A DNA stretch of 64,000 nucleotides, taken from NCBI GenBank assembly GCA_049604715.1, contig JBMYTV010000004.1, positions 22,535 through 86,534 of the forward strand. The letters run 5' to 3'. Made by a program: the position numbers and the translations under genes. Numbering within the stretch: position 1 is the first letter of the stretch; every line of letters begins with the position of its first letter. This stretch comes from Patescibacteria group bacterium (lineage in GTDB: Bacteria > Patescibacteriota > Patescibacteriia > S139-126 > S139-133). Below the pieces are notes generated by a model. It was not told where the DNA came from. It did not search any database and worked only from the letters and a program-made list of their open reading frames with translations. This document shows, one piece after another, positions 19,169 to 27,887 of this stretch.

Positions 19169-19723
19169 ATGTCTGAGCAAGTATCGGCAGCAGTAGAAGC
19201 ACTTTTGTTTGTTGCAGGCAAACCAATGAGTGTGAATCAGATAGCCAAGACTTTGTCTTTGAAACAGGCTGAAGTTGATGATGCTTTAAAAGAGCTACAT
19301 GATCGATATGAGCAAAGTCAGTCTGGATTGCAGCTTGTATTTACTGAAAAGAATGTACAATTATATGCGGCAGCTAAGCAACATGAGGCAGTTGAGTCAT
19401 ATATAGAGCAAGAAGAACATTCAGAATTGACAAAGCCGCAGCTTGAGACGCTTGCTATTATTGCTTACCGAGGCCCTGTCATAAAAGAAGAGCTTGAGTA
19501 TATTCGCGGTGTAAATTGTACCATCATTTTACGCAACCTTATGCTTCGAGGTCTTGTGACAGAACAACAAACTCAAGACGGGCTATTGTACGAAGTTTCG
19601 GGTGATTTTTTGGCACACCTTGGAATTGCTGCTGTAGAAGAATTGCCAGAGTATAGCTCGCTTCATGAGCATGAGCGTTTGGCTGATGTTATGGAAGAGA
19701 AAGAAGAAGTAACAACATCATAA
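19169..19723 (+). CDS. scpB: Segregation and condensation protein B
   Basis: VEALLF, LETLAIIAYRGP, IRGVN, FL..LGI..V.ELP. Confidence 0.96.
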   Translation: MSEQVSAAVEALLFVAGKPMSVNQIAKTLSLKQAEVDDALKELHDRYEQSQSGLQLVFTEKNVQLYAAAKQHEAVESYIEQEEHSELTKPQLETLAIIAYRGPVIKEELEYIRGVNCTIILRNLMLRGLVTEQQTQDGLLYEVSGDFLAHLGIAAVEELPEYSSLHEHERLADVMEEKEEVTTS

Positions 19724-19726
19724 GCT

Positions 19727-20653
19727 ATGCCGCTTTTAAATGTTATCATTCCTATATTATTCTCGCTTGTACCAGTTTTTCAGACTGATGCCCTGGCATT
19801 TGGTAGTAGTGAAGTTGATGTATTGTCAGATGCATCAGTCGCTGGTGTCGAGGAGATCATAGAGCCACAAGTTGAGCGAGTGTATCAAACTCGAAGTGTA
19901 GGTGTTGAGGTTACGGCTCCTAGTAGTATTGTTCTTGATAGTGTCAGCGGAACAGTACTGTGGTCTGAGGATGAAGATACAAAGCGTTCTATAGCAAGCC
20001 TTACCAAGCTTATTACTGCAGCAGTGTTATTTGCAGAGCCTCGTGATATGGATGATGTTTTAACATTAACTGGCGCTGACCTCAGGCCAGAGGGTGGAAA
20101 TCGACATATTTACCTTGGTGAGCAAATCACAGTAGAGGAGGCATTGCATGCAATGCTTATTGCTTCGGATAATGAGGCAACTGTAGCGCTAGTGCGTCAT
20201 TTTGGATATACAGAGGAGACTTTTCAGCAGGCTGTGCAAAGTTGGCTTGAAACGCATTATTTATATGCAACTACTATTATTGAGCCAACAGGATTGCATG
20301 CGCTTAATGTCTCTACTGCACGTGAGATCGCTCTCATCACAGAGCTTGTGTTTCAAAATCCACGTTTAGCTGATATAGCAGAGAAGTCTTCATTTTCATT
20401 TGTTACACAAAATACTGGCAGGACTATTAAGCTCAATTCTACAAATATTTTACTTGATTCTGACTATAGGATACGTATGGGTAAGACAGGATACACTGAT
20501 GAGGCGGGTGGTTGTTTTGTTACAAGAGCCCAAACACCTGAGGGTCATGAAGTTATTAGTGTTGTTCTTGGATCTGCGTCACGGTCAGAAAGGTTTTTAG
20601 ATACTAAAGCTATTTTGTACTGGGTGTATGAAAATTACCGCTGGAATTATTAA
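19727..20653 (+). CDS. D-alanyl-D-alanine carboxypeptidase/endopeptidase (peptidase S11)
   Basis: IASLTK (SxxK), SDN, KTG motifs. Confidence 0.92.
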   Translation: MPLLNVIIPILFSLVPVFQTDALAFGSSEVDVLSDASVAGVEEIIEPQVERVYQTRSVGVEVTAPSSIVLDSVSGTVLWSEDEDTKRSIASLTKLITAAVLFAEPRDMDDVLTLTGADLRPEGGNRHIYLGEQITVEEALHAMLIASDNEATVALVRHFGYTEETFQQAVQSWLETHYLYATTIIEPTGLHALNVSTAREIALITELVFQNPRLADIAEKSSFSFVTQNTGRTIKLNSTNILLDSDYRIRMGKTGYTDEAGGCFVTRAQTPEGHEVISVVLGSASRSERFLDTKAILYWVYENYRWNY

Positions 20654-20662
20654 TATAATTTT

Positions 20663-21421
20663 ATGAAAAAGTATTTTATAGCAAATTGGAAAATGAATCT
20701 GTTGAAAGATCAGCAAGCTGATTTAGTAAATCATATTCGATCGCTTACTTTTTCAAAAGATGATGTGTCAGTTATTGTATGTCCTTCATATCCAAATATA
20801 CCAGCTGCAGCTGAAATGCTTAAAAGCACCGCGATAGAGTTAGGTGCCCAGGACGTATCATGGGAAGCAGAAGGTGCTATGACCGGTGAGGTGTCAGCAG
20901 AAATGCTTAAGAGTTTTGGTGTTGAGTATGTGGTGATTGGTCATTCAGAGCGTCGTCATAAAATGAATGAGGACAATGATATGGTGCACAAAAAGATTGC
21001 AACTGCAATTGCAAGTGGCCTTACACCTATTTTGTGTGTAGGTGAGACATTTGATCAGCGCAAACAGGGCATTACTGATACTGTACTTATTGAACAGATA
21101 CAGACTGCGTTTGCAGGCATTACACTTCGCTCTCATCAAACATGCATTGTTGCGTACGAGCCAGTATGGGTTATTGGCACAGGTCAGGCGGTAGATCCAA
21201 AGGAGGCCTTTCATAGCGTGGCTGTGCTAAGGGAGACGCTGCATGATGTGTTGCATGAGACAGAAGCTAATCATTTGGATATTCCTATATTGTATGGTGG
21301 TAGTGTGCATGCTGATAATGTAAAGGATTTTTTAAAAGATGATATAAAGGGCGTGCTTGTAGGTGGTGCTAGTCTCAAAGAGGATGAATTTGCGGCCATG
21401 GTTAAGGCGCTGCATGATTAA
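20663..21421 (+). CDS. tpiA: Triosephosphate isomerase
   Basis: ANWKMN, IGHSERR, AYEPVW.IGTG, YGGSV, LVGGASL. Confidence 0.98.
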   Translation: MKKYFIANWKMNLLKDQQADLVNHIRSLTFSKDDVSVIVCPSYPNIPAAAEMLKSTAIELGAQDVSWEAEGAMTGEVSAEMLKSFGVEYVVIGHSERRHKMNEDNDMVHKKIATAIASGLTPILCVGETFDQRKQGITDTVLIEQIQTAFAGITLRSHQTCIVAYEPVWVIGTGQAVDPKEAFHSVAVLRETLHDVLHETEANHLDIPILYGGSVHADNVKDFLKDDIKGVLVGGASLKEDEFAAMVKALHD

Positions 21422-21490
21422 AACTTGCGGCTAGACTTTTTTACTAAGGTGCGGTATATATAACAGACGGGTTGTACTAACAAGATTTTT

Positions 21491-22378
21491 ATGGTCTGGT
21501 ATGAAATATTATTGTTAGCATTAGTGGCAGCATCAATTGTTGCTGTTTTTGTTGTGTACATGCGGCATTTACCAAAAATAGCTGCTATAAATGTGCGCGA
21601 GATGAGTGATGAGAAGCAACGGCAGGTAAAGGCTATTATGGCTGAGCAGCGATTAGCTCGTAAGCTTCGTAAATACATACGCCAAGGTTTGTCAGTATTT
21701 AAACCAGTTGCGTCATTATTAAAGACAGTTACAAGCTCATGGAAAGCAAAGATTCAGGATATTGAAGAGCGTTATAAGATCGAGCGCATGAACGTCAAAT
21801 CAGTTACAGAGCGTGGTCAAGAATCTCTACAGCAAAAGATTGCGCAACTACTCAAAAAAGCTGAAGGATATGCACATGCAACTGAGTATGCTCAGGCAGA
21901 GGAAGTCTATATATCAATTATTAAACTTGATCCACAGTCTATTGATGCTTATGAAGGATTAGGTGAAGTGTATGCTGAACAAAAGAAATATAATGAAAGT
22001 CTTGAAGTTTATGGATATATGTTGAAATTACTTCAGGATACAGACATAGCACAGCAGCATTTATCAGCTCTATTAGAGCTAAAAGATGATGATTCTTCAG
22101 AGGTTTCAGCTGTAATTAGAGCAACCAAGGCACGTATTACCTTTGAAATGGCTATGATCAATAAAGAACTAGAATTTTTTGATACTGCAGTAAATTTACT
22201 ACAGGATGTGCTAAGCTTAGAGGAGTCAAATCCCAAATACCTTGACGCTTTGCTTGATATCAGTATAATAAAAAAAGACAAAAAATTAGCTAATGAAGTC
22301 TTTCTTAAGCTAAAAACTGTCAATCCAGAGAACAAGAAAATCAATGATTTTGAAGAGCAGATTGCTGCTCTTAAATAA
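21491..22378 (+). CDS. Membrane-anchored TPR protein
   Basis: N-terminal TM; TPR patterns (AEEVY...IKLDP...AYEGLGEVY). Confidence 0.85.
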   Translation: MVWYEILLLALVAASIVAVFVVYMRHLPKIAAINVREMSDEKQRQVKAIMAEQRLARKLRKYIRQGLSVFKPVASLLKTVTSSWKAKIQDIEERYKIERMNVKSVTERGQESLQQKIAQLLKKAEGYAHATEYAQAEEVYISIIKLDPQSIDAYEGLGEVYAEQKKYNESLEVYGYMLKLLQDTDIAQQHLSALLELKDDDSSEVSAVIRATKARITFEMAMINKELEFFDTAVNLLQDVLSLEESNPKYLDALLDISIIKKDKKLANEVFLKLKTVNPENKKINDFEEQIAALK

Positions 22379-22383
22379 GTGTT

Positions 22384-22428
22384 GCCGTTGTAGCTTCCGC
22401 CCAAGGCGGACCACCCGTAGGGTGGCAG
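22384..22428 (+). repeat. Duplicated 5' fragment of tRNA-Thr(GGT) interrupted by a double hairpin
   Basis: GCCGTTGTAGCT (tRNA nt 1-12), then TCCGCC-CAA-GGCGGA and CCACCC-GTA-GGGTGG, then CAG (tRNA nt 13-15). Confidence 0.8.
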
Positions 22429-22476
22429 ATGTAATGGTAAGTAAGTACAATTACAATACAATCAAAAAAGCAACAC

Positions 22477-22552
22477 GCCGTTGTAGCTCAGTTGGTAGAG
22501 CGCATCCATGGTAAGGATGAGGTCTCGGGTTCAAACCCCGACAACGGCTCCA
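22477..22552 (+). tRNA. tRNA-Thr(GGT)
   Basis: 76-nt cloverleaf; anticodon arm CATCC-ATGGTAA-GGATG; encoded CCA. Confidence 0.96.
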
Positions 22553-22556
22553 TTGG

Positions 22557-22642
22557 GGGTCGGTACCGAAGCGGTCAAACGGGGCAGACTGTAAATCTGC
22601 TGGCATACGCCTTCGTAGGTTCGAATCCTGCCCGGCCCACCA
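22557..22642 (+). tRNA. tRNA-Tyr(GTA)
   Basis: GCAGA-CTGTAAA-TCTGC anticodon arm, long variable arm, GTTCGAATC, CCA. Confidence 0.96.
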
Positions 22643-22655
22643 TACCAAATATACT

Positions 22656-22731
22656 GCCACCCTAGCTCAGCTGGTAGAGCAACGGTTTTGTAAACCGTAG
22701 GTCATCGGTTCGAATCCGATGGGTGGCTCCA
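22656..22731 (+). tRNA. tRNA-Thr(TGT)
   Basis: ACGGT-TTTGTAA-ACCGT anticodon arm, GTTCGAATC, CCA. Confidence 0.96.
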
Positions 22732-22765
22732 CTTTCCCTTGCAATTTATAGTTAATCTAAGTGTT

Positions 22766-22951
22766 ATGTCACAAGACAACTTGATAAAGCTTGTATCTGA
22801 AGGTGATGATCAGGGCCGTGGGAAAGGTCATGTCATTCATACATTTAAGAACAAGAAGAATCGTGAACCACTTCGTATCAAAAAGCACAACCCTGAAGCA
22901 GGTGAAGAAGGTAAGGGTGCGCACACATGGTACAAAGAAGTTAAAAAATAA
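22766..22951 (+). CDS. rpmG: 50S ribosomal protein L33 (Cys-free form)
   Basis: MSQDNLIKL..., T.KNKKN...L.IKKHNP...HTWYKE; lies between tRNA-Thr and tRNA-Trp. Confidence 0.88.
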   Translation: MSQDNLIKLVSEGDDQGRGKGHVIHTFKNKKNREPLRIKKHNPEAGEEGKGAHTWYKEVKK

Positions 22952-23349
22952 TGAATTATCGGCTTTTATTACTCATTGTATTAAGCGCCAGTGTATTATC
23001 TGGTTGCTTTAGTCTTGATAGTCTTGATAAGACAGTGATTGAAAAGAATAAAGAGTTATCAGAAAAAGCAGAGGAGCACGTCGGTGATGACATAGAGGCA
23101 GGTAAGGAGAGGATAAAAGAATATACCAAGCAGCAAATTGCAGGTATTGCTGAATCACTGACTGAGACGGCAAAGAATGAGATAGAGAACTGGCTTTTAG
23201 AAAATAGTCTTAATCAGTATGGTGATGCTGAAGGTACGATGTATACTGGCGGCACACCACTCTTTGATGAGGCTACTGGTGCGTCGCAAGATCGGTTTGA
23301 ATATATCTTAGAAAAGCACCCAGAGCTTATTGAGCAACTTGGATTATAA
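22951..23349 (+). CDS. Hypothetical lipoprotein
   Basis: Lipobox LSGC; C-terminal LNQYGD..GTMYTGGTPLFDE.TG. Confidence 0.75.
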   Translation: MNYRLLLLIVLSASVLSGCFSLDSLDKTVIEKNKELSEKAEEHVGDDIEAGKERIKEYTKQQIAGIAESLTETAKNEIENWLLENSLNQYGDAEGTMYTGGTPLFDEATGASQDRFEYILEKHPELIEQLGL

Positions 23350-23354
23350 ATACA

Positions 23355-23453
23355 TGGGAGCGCCTGTAAAATGGCTACATGTCACTCATGAGTGACAGCA
23401 CATAGTATCACCACGGTCTCACATGTCAGTCGTGACTGACATGTGTCTCCAAA
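23355..23453 (+). repeat. Degenerate 5' half of tRNA-Trp interrupted by two related palindromes
   Basis: Blocks AAATGGCTA, TATCACCACGGTCTC and TCTCCAAA are identical to tRNA-Trp and in the same order; palindromes at 23380-23397 and 23420-23445. Confidence 0.85.
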
Positions 23454-23476
23454 GCTAATTAAATGAGGAGGGGAAT

Positions 23477-23728
23477 ATGTTTTATGTATACGTATTGAAA
23501 GTAGAGGGAATCGCGAATAAAAGATACTATATAGGTTATACTGCAAATTTACAGCGTCGAGTAAGTGAACATCAAAAAGGGTTGGTAAAAACAACCAAAA
23601 ATAAAAAACCGCAACTGGTTTATTATGAAGCGTATAGCAATAAGTACTTAGCACTACGGCGTGAAAAAGGTTTGAAATCAAGCGGTTCAGTAAAAATGGC
23701 GCTTTATAAAAGATTAAAATTAGAATAG
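23477..23728 (+). CDS. Small GIY-YIG nuclease
   Basis: FYVYVL...YYIGYT.NLQRR..EH..G...T...LVYYE....ALRRE..LK; strong SD GAGGAGG upstream. Confidence 0.92.
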   Translation: MFYVYVLKVEGIANKRYYIGYTANLQRRVSEHQKGLVKTTKNKKPQLVYYEAYSNKYLALRREKGLKSSGSVKMALYKRLKLE

Positions 23729-23740
23729 TAAGTATATTAT

Positions 23741-23815
23741 GGGGGTGTAGTGAAATGGCTATCACCACGGTCTCCAAAACCGTTATTCTAGGTTCGAGTC
23801 CTAGCACCCCTGCCA
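23741..23815 (+). tRNA. tRNA-Trp(CCA)
   Basis: ACGGT-CTCCAAA-ACCGT anticodon arm, GTTCGAGTC, CCA end. Confidence 0.96.
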
Positions 23816-23894
23816 TCAAACTTTTTTATCGAGCAACCGAGAAGGTAGTGGGTCGTGACCTGCTATAGTACTAGACCGAGGTAAAGAAGTTTTT

Positions 23895-23926
23895 ACAAAA
23901 ACACGGGAAACCGTGTTTTTGTGTTT
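23895..23926 (+). terminator. Intrinsic terminator downstream of tRNA-Trp (island-derived)
   Basis: ACAAAAACACGG-GAAA-CCGTGTTTTTGT. Confidence 0.8.
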
Positions 23927-23942
23927 CTGGGTGATTAGCGAT

Positions 23943-23987
23943 TTGACTAAATAAATACTATTGTATACAATGTATACGTTGTAATAC
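23943..23987 (+). promoter_or_regulatory. Promoter with overlapping operator repeats for the RHH-kinase pair
   Basis: TTGACT-17-TACAAT; palindrome ATTGTATACAAT and three TGTA(A)TAC copies over the -10/+1 region. Confidence 0.65.
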
Positions 23988-24003
23988 AGTAAGTCATAAA
24001 CAT

Positions 24004-24363
24004 ATGTCTAAGAAAAAAGTTATCAATACTCGTGTATCTGAAGAGCTATACGATAAAATATCTAAAAAGGCCGAAGAGCATCGTGTCACGGTCTCTAACC
24101 TAGTAAGAAACCTAGTCGAAGACGTTGTTGAGATACATGGCGATCTTTCTGATGTGTTCGACAAAAAATTAAGAAAGACATTGTTTGATAAAGATGAAGA
24201 CAGTATTTTAGGTCATCAAGAAATAACTCTCAATAAAAACACAGATTGCGACGTGTGTGAAAAACAAGTCAAAAAAGGCGCTAAAGCCTTTGTTGAGATT
24301 TACGAACAGTCAAACAGTAAAAGTGTTGTTTGTGAGGCTTGTAAAAAGAAAAGGGTAAAGTAA
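24004..24363 (+). CDS. Ribbon-helix-helix (CopG-like) regulator with C-terminal Zn ribbon
   Basis: KVINTRVSEELYDKI...A....VTVSNLVRNLV; CDVC...CEAC. Confidence 0.75.
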   Translation: MSKKKVINTRVSEELYDKISKKAEEHRVTVSNLVRNLVEDVVEIHGDLSDVFDKKLRKTLFDKDEDSILGHQEITLNKNTDCDVCEKQVKKGAKAFVEIYEQSNSKSVVCEACKKKRVK

Positions 24364-24369
24364 AAAAAT

Positions 24370-25752
24370 ATGATAAAAAGATTTTTTATCATTTTGAATA
24401 TTCTAGGCAAATGGTATTGGCGTTCATTCATTAGAATACGCTCTGCTGATGATGTATCTAACCAAAAAAGAGCGCAGACACTTCGTGAATCACTTGAGCA
24501 TCTTGGCTCAGTTTTTGTGAAGTTTGGGCAGCTACTTGCCATGAGACCTGATATACTTTCTCGTGCTTACTGTCGAGAGCTTTTTTATTTACTTGATGAT
24601 GTTCCGCCTTTTTCATCAGAGATTATCAAAAGAACCATAGTAGAAGATTTTGGTAAGAGCCCAGAGTTTTTATTCGAATCATTTGACGAATCGCCAATTG
24701 CAGCAGCTTCCTTTGGTCAAGTCCATACAGCAGTTACTAGAGATAAAGAGAAAGTAGCAGTGAAAGTACAGCGACCCAATATAGAATTTATAGTAGAAAG
24801 AGATATAAAGTTGATGAAAGTTCTGGCACGAGTGATAGATGTGTTTCGAGTTGGGGTGAATAAGTTAGCTCCAATAGTTAAGGAATTTGAGATGTGGACC
24901 AGAGAAGAGCTTGATTATGAAGTTGAAGCAAATTACACACAAAGATTTCATAAGCAGACTTCGAGCGATGGCATTTATGCTCCTAAGGTGTATAAAGACT
25001 TATCATCCAAACGAGTTTTGACGGCTGAATATGTACCAGGAGCTGCTCTTAGTAAAATTTTAATAGCATATAGAGATCAAAACACAAAGACCATGGAACA
25101 GGTTGAGGACTGGGGATTTTCTCGAAAGGATGTGGCTTTCCAGTTGCTTCGCAATTCAACCAAGCAAATTTACCTTGAAGGCTTCTTTCATGCAGATCCC
25201 CATCCAGCAAATATTATCTTTACTCCTGAAAAGAAGCTCGTATACATTGATTTTGGAATTGTAGGGGAGCTTGGTAGGAGGGAGCGGCTAAAATGTCTCC
25301 GTTACACTAGGTCCGCTATGTATGGCGAGGAGGATCACTCTTTCGATGCGTTAGTTGAACTGTGTGATACAAGCAAGGTTAAGGACATGAATAAATTCAA
25401 GGAAGAGCATTCGGAAATAATTAGAAAAACTTTACAGATGTTCAACAAAGCTAAAGAGACAGGAACGTCTCAAATAGTAGGTAAGAAGTTAGTTGCTACA
25501 CTTCAGCTGCTTCAAAAGCATGGCGCTAGAATACAGACCAATACTATGAGATATTTCCGAACGCTACTCGCAGTAGATAGTTTGATTCTTGAGGTATACC
25601 CCGAAATGGAGCTTAAAGATATAGCACGGAGGTTTCGCAATGTCTCCATTGCAAATATAATTCAAGAATTACCAGATCATTTAGACGCCGAGACATTTGA
25701 AAAAGATATTCTTAAATGGTTGAGTATACTTGAAACCGAGTTGATTAAATAG
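24370..25752 (+). CDS. ABC1/UbiB (AarF) family atypical kinase
   Basis: VKFGQLLA.RPD, IAAASFGQVH, VAVKVQRP, ELDY..EA, FFHADPHPANI, IDFG. Confidence 0.93.
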   Translation: MIKRFFIILNILGKWYWRSFIRIRSADDVSNQKRAQTLRESLEHLGSVFVKFGQLLAMRPDILSRAYCRELFYLLDDVPPFSSEIIKRTIVEDFGKSPEFLFESFDESPIAAASFGQVHTAVTRDKEKVAVKVQRPNIEFIVERDIKLMKVLARVIDVFRVGVNKLAPIVKEFEMWTREELDYEVEANYTQRFHKQTSSDGIYAPKVYKDLSSKRVLTAEYVPGAALSKILIAYRDQNTKTMEQVEDWGFSRKDVAFQLLRNSTKQIYLEGFFHADPHPANIIFTPEKKLVYIDFGIVGELGRRERLKCLRYTRSAMYGEEDHSFDALVELCDTSKVKDMNKFKEEHSEIIRKTLQMFNKAKETGTSQIVGKKLVATLQLLQKHGARIQTNTMRYFRTLLAVDSLILEVYPEMELKDIARRFRNVSIANIIQELPDHLDAETFEKDILKWLSILETELIK

Positions 25753-27031
25753 CGAGTTTAACTTTTCTATCCAACAAGGTTAACCGATTTCTCAGACAAG
25801 AGAGCAGTTCACGCTTCTCGACAATGTTTCCATTTGTAAGAATATATTTTGCATAATTTTTCATATCGGTTTCCTTGCTCAGTTTTGGTTTAGCTTCATC
25901 TAGCCCGAACACACTTTGTCTAAATTTGTAGTACCGTTCCACTTCTTGCTGGAGTTTGTTTTGTATCCCGAGTTTGTCAATAGTGAGTCTATCTATTAGC
26001 TCAAGTATTTGGTTTACCAAATTTTCTTCTCTTATATATAGTGCCTCACACTTCTTATCTCTCGATCTCGTACAGCCATAATATACATACCTATTCTTGG
26101 TTCCGTCTTTACGATACTTAAACTTTTCTTGCGCTGTAATGCCGGATCCACACTTTCCACAAACCATGAGTCTGGTAAAAGCAAACTCTTTGCTACGATA
26201 CTGAAACTCGTGATGTACTTTTATCTGTGCTTGCACTTGATCGAACAGTTCTTTTGAAACTAGAGGAGTATGTATGCCTGTATACCAGTTACCACTTTTT
26301 CTAGGATATTCAAATACTCCGTAGTAGAAGGTGTTTTTGAGTATGATATAGATATTACTGAGTGATAAATGTTTTCCGTTTTTAGTTTTGAAGTTTATTT
26401 CATCTCTGAGCCAGTAAAACAACTTCCTGCCGCTCCATTTTTCGTGTGCTACTTTTTCAAACATTTGCTTGATAATATGCCCTCGTTCCGGGTCTACCAT
26501 CATATGACATTTCCTATCACTACGTTTCTCATTTAGATACCCCGTAGGAGCAACTCCTGGTCGCAAACCCATTTCTGCTTTTGCTTTCATGCCTCTTTTA
26601 ACGTTAAGACCTCTATTATCATTCTCAAGCTTCGCTTGACTACCAAGAATCATCAGTAGAAACTTCTCATTAGGGGAGTTAGTAAATGTTTGCCCGTACG
26701 TTCTGATCTCTAGAAGATGCTTTCTATCCATGAGGTCGACCACAGATCCCAAATCCCCAGCATTACGAGCTAGTCTATCAGGCGCCCATGTCAGTATTCC
26801 GTTGAATTGGCCTTTGCCAATATCTACTAGTAGCTGGTTGTATACTGGTCGCTTACCGGACTCTTTGGCTGAATGTGCCTCTTGTCTTATTTCAACTACA
26901 TTCAGGTTTTCTCGTTTTGCCAGAGTGGTCATTTCCTTGATCTGTGAATCAATGGAAAGGGCTTGTTTTTCATCACTCTCGCTTGATTTACGAGCATACA
27001 AACAGTACTTAATTTGGGGTTGTTCAGTCAT
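25745..27031 (-). CDS. Large serine recombinase (resolvase + recombinase + Zn-ribbon domains)
   Basis: YARKSS catalytic motif, DRLARN, APTGY, N.FY.G, H.PLVS.ELF..VQ, CGKCG...YYGC. Confidence 0.95.
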   Translation of the reverse strand: MTEQPQIKYCLYARKSSESDEKQALSIDSQIKEMTTLAKRENLNVVEIRQEAHSAKESGKRPVYNQLLVDIGKGQFNGILTWAPDRLARNAGDLGSVVDLMDRKHLLEIRTYGQTFTNSPNEKFLLMILGSQAKLENDNRGLNVKRGMKAKAEMGLRPGVAPTGYLNEKRSDRKCHMMVDPERGHIIKQMFEKVAHEKWSGRKLFYWLRDEINFKTKNGKHLSLSNIYIILKNTFYYGVFEYPRKSGNWYTGIHTPLVSKELFDQVQAQIKVHHEFQYRSKEFAFTRLMVCGKCGSGITAQEKFKYRKDGTKNRYVYYGCTRSRDKKCEALYIREENLVNQILELIDRLTIDKLGIQNKLQQEVERYYKFRQSVFGLDEAKPKLSKETDMKNYAKYILTNGNIVEKRELLSCLRNRLTLLDRKVKLAI

Positions 27032-27102
27032 ACTATTTTGGTTAGTTATTAATTTCTAACCACATTGATGACGCAACCCTGCTAGTGAGTCCAGGATACT
27101 TG

Positions 27103-27122
27103 AGTCGATAAACTGTTGGTAA
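27103..27122 (+). repeat. Left 20-bp direct repeat bounding the copper cassette
   Basis: AGTCGATAAACTGTTGGTAA; 19/20 identical to 37704-37723. Confidence 0.8.
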
Positions 27123-27172
27123 GTTTTAAGCCTTGATGTGGGTTATCAATCTGTCCCTTGTAACTATTTCAT

Positions 27173-27201
27173 TCGACAAATAGCATTGTTTTGACTATAA
27201 T
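27173..27201 (+). promoter_or_regulatory. Promoter of the copper/redox cassette
   Basis: TCGACA-17-TATAAT, 28 nt before the ATG at 27230. Confidence 0.6.
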
Positions 27202-27229
27202 GTTAAACAACTCATCAAAGTAGAAATAT

Positions 27230-27880
27230 ATGTTTAATAACAAAACCAAATCACAATTTAAGAAACTGACCATACTCTCAACAGTAGTTGCTGGGATACT
27301 ACATGTAACTTTGGCTTCTTCTCAGCACTCTGCAATACCACCAGAGATGGTTTTCTTTATTTTGGCAGGACTAGCACAGGTTGCTTGGGCGATTGTTTTC
27401 ATGAAGAAACAATCTGATGTGATGTACTACTTTGGCATAGTTATTAATGGTGGCTTATTGGTTGTCTGGGCACTTACTCGTATTTTACCTGCACCATTTT
27501 TAAACGAACCTGAGCATATAGGTACGCTGGATCTAATCATAGCGTTGATCGAAGGGTTAGCAATCTTCACTTTGGTTGTATGGCATGAAAAAGTAAGCCA
27601 TTTACCATCTTTGGTAGTCCGCTTTTCATTAGCAGCTTTGATAGCTTTGGTAATCGGATTTTTTGGATATTATTCAAGCATGGCTGCTACTAGATTTTTT
27701 CCAGATATAGAGGTGGTTGATCACCATGGGGTTGAAATAGGTGATAAACATGCAGATGATGGCCACGATAATGAGAACGAGGTTGACGAAATGCATGAAG
27801 TTGTGGATAATAAAGCTGATTCTACACAGGAGGTAGGGGATGATCAGAGGCATGATGATACAGATGATCATCATGATTAA
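27230..27880 (+). CDS. Multi-TM membrane protein with His/Asp-rich tail (metal-binding candidate)
   Basis: About 5 TM helices; tail DHHG...HADDGHD...HDDTDDHHD. Confidence 0.75.
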   Translation: MFNNKTKSQFKKLTILSTVVAGILHVTLASSQHSAIPPEMVFFILAGLAQVAWAIVFMKKQSDVMYYFGIVINGGLLVVWALTRILPAPFLNEPEHIGTLDLIIALIEGLAIFTLVVWHEKVSHLPSLVVRFSLAALIALVIGFFGYYSSMAATRFFPDIEVVDHHGVEIGDKHADDGHDNENEVDEMHEVVDNKADSTQEVGDDQRHDDTDDHHD

Positions 27881-27887
27881 TATTCAT

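Noticed and set aside
22451-22660. Minus-strand 69-aa ORF
   Set aside because: Antisense shadow of tRNA-Thr and tRNA-Tyr
23355-23815. Group I intron with homing endonuclease in tRNA-Trp
   Set aside because: The downstream tRNA is complete rather than a 3' exon, and there is no room for a ribozyme core around the ORF
23382-23819. Minus-strand 145-aa ORF
   Set aside because: Antisense to tRNA-Trp and the GIY-YIG gene; no recognisable motifs
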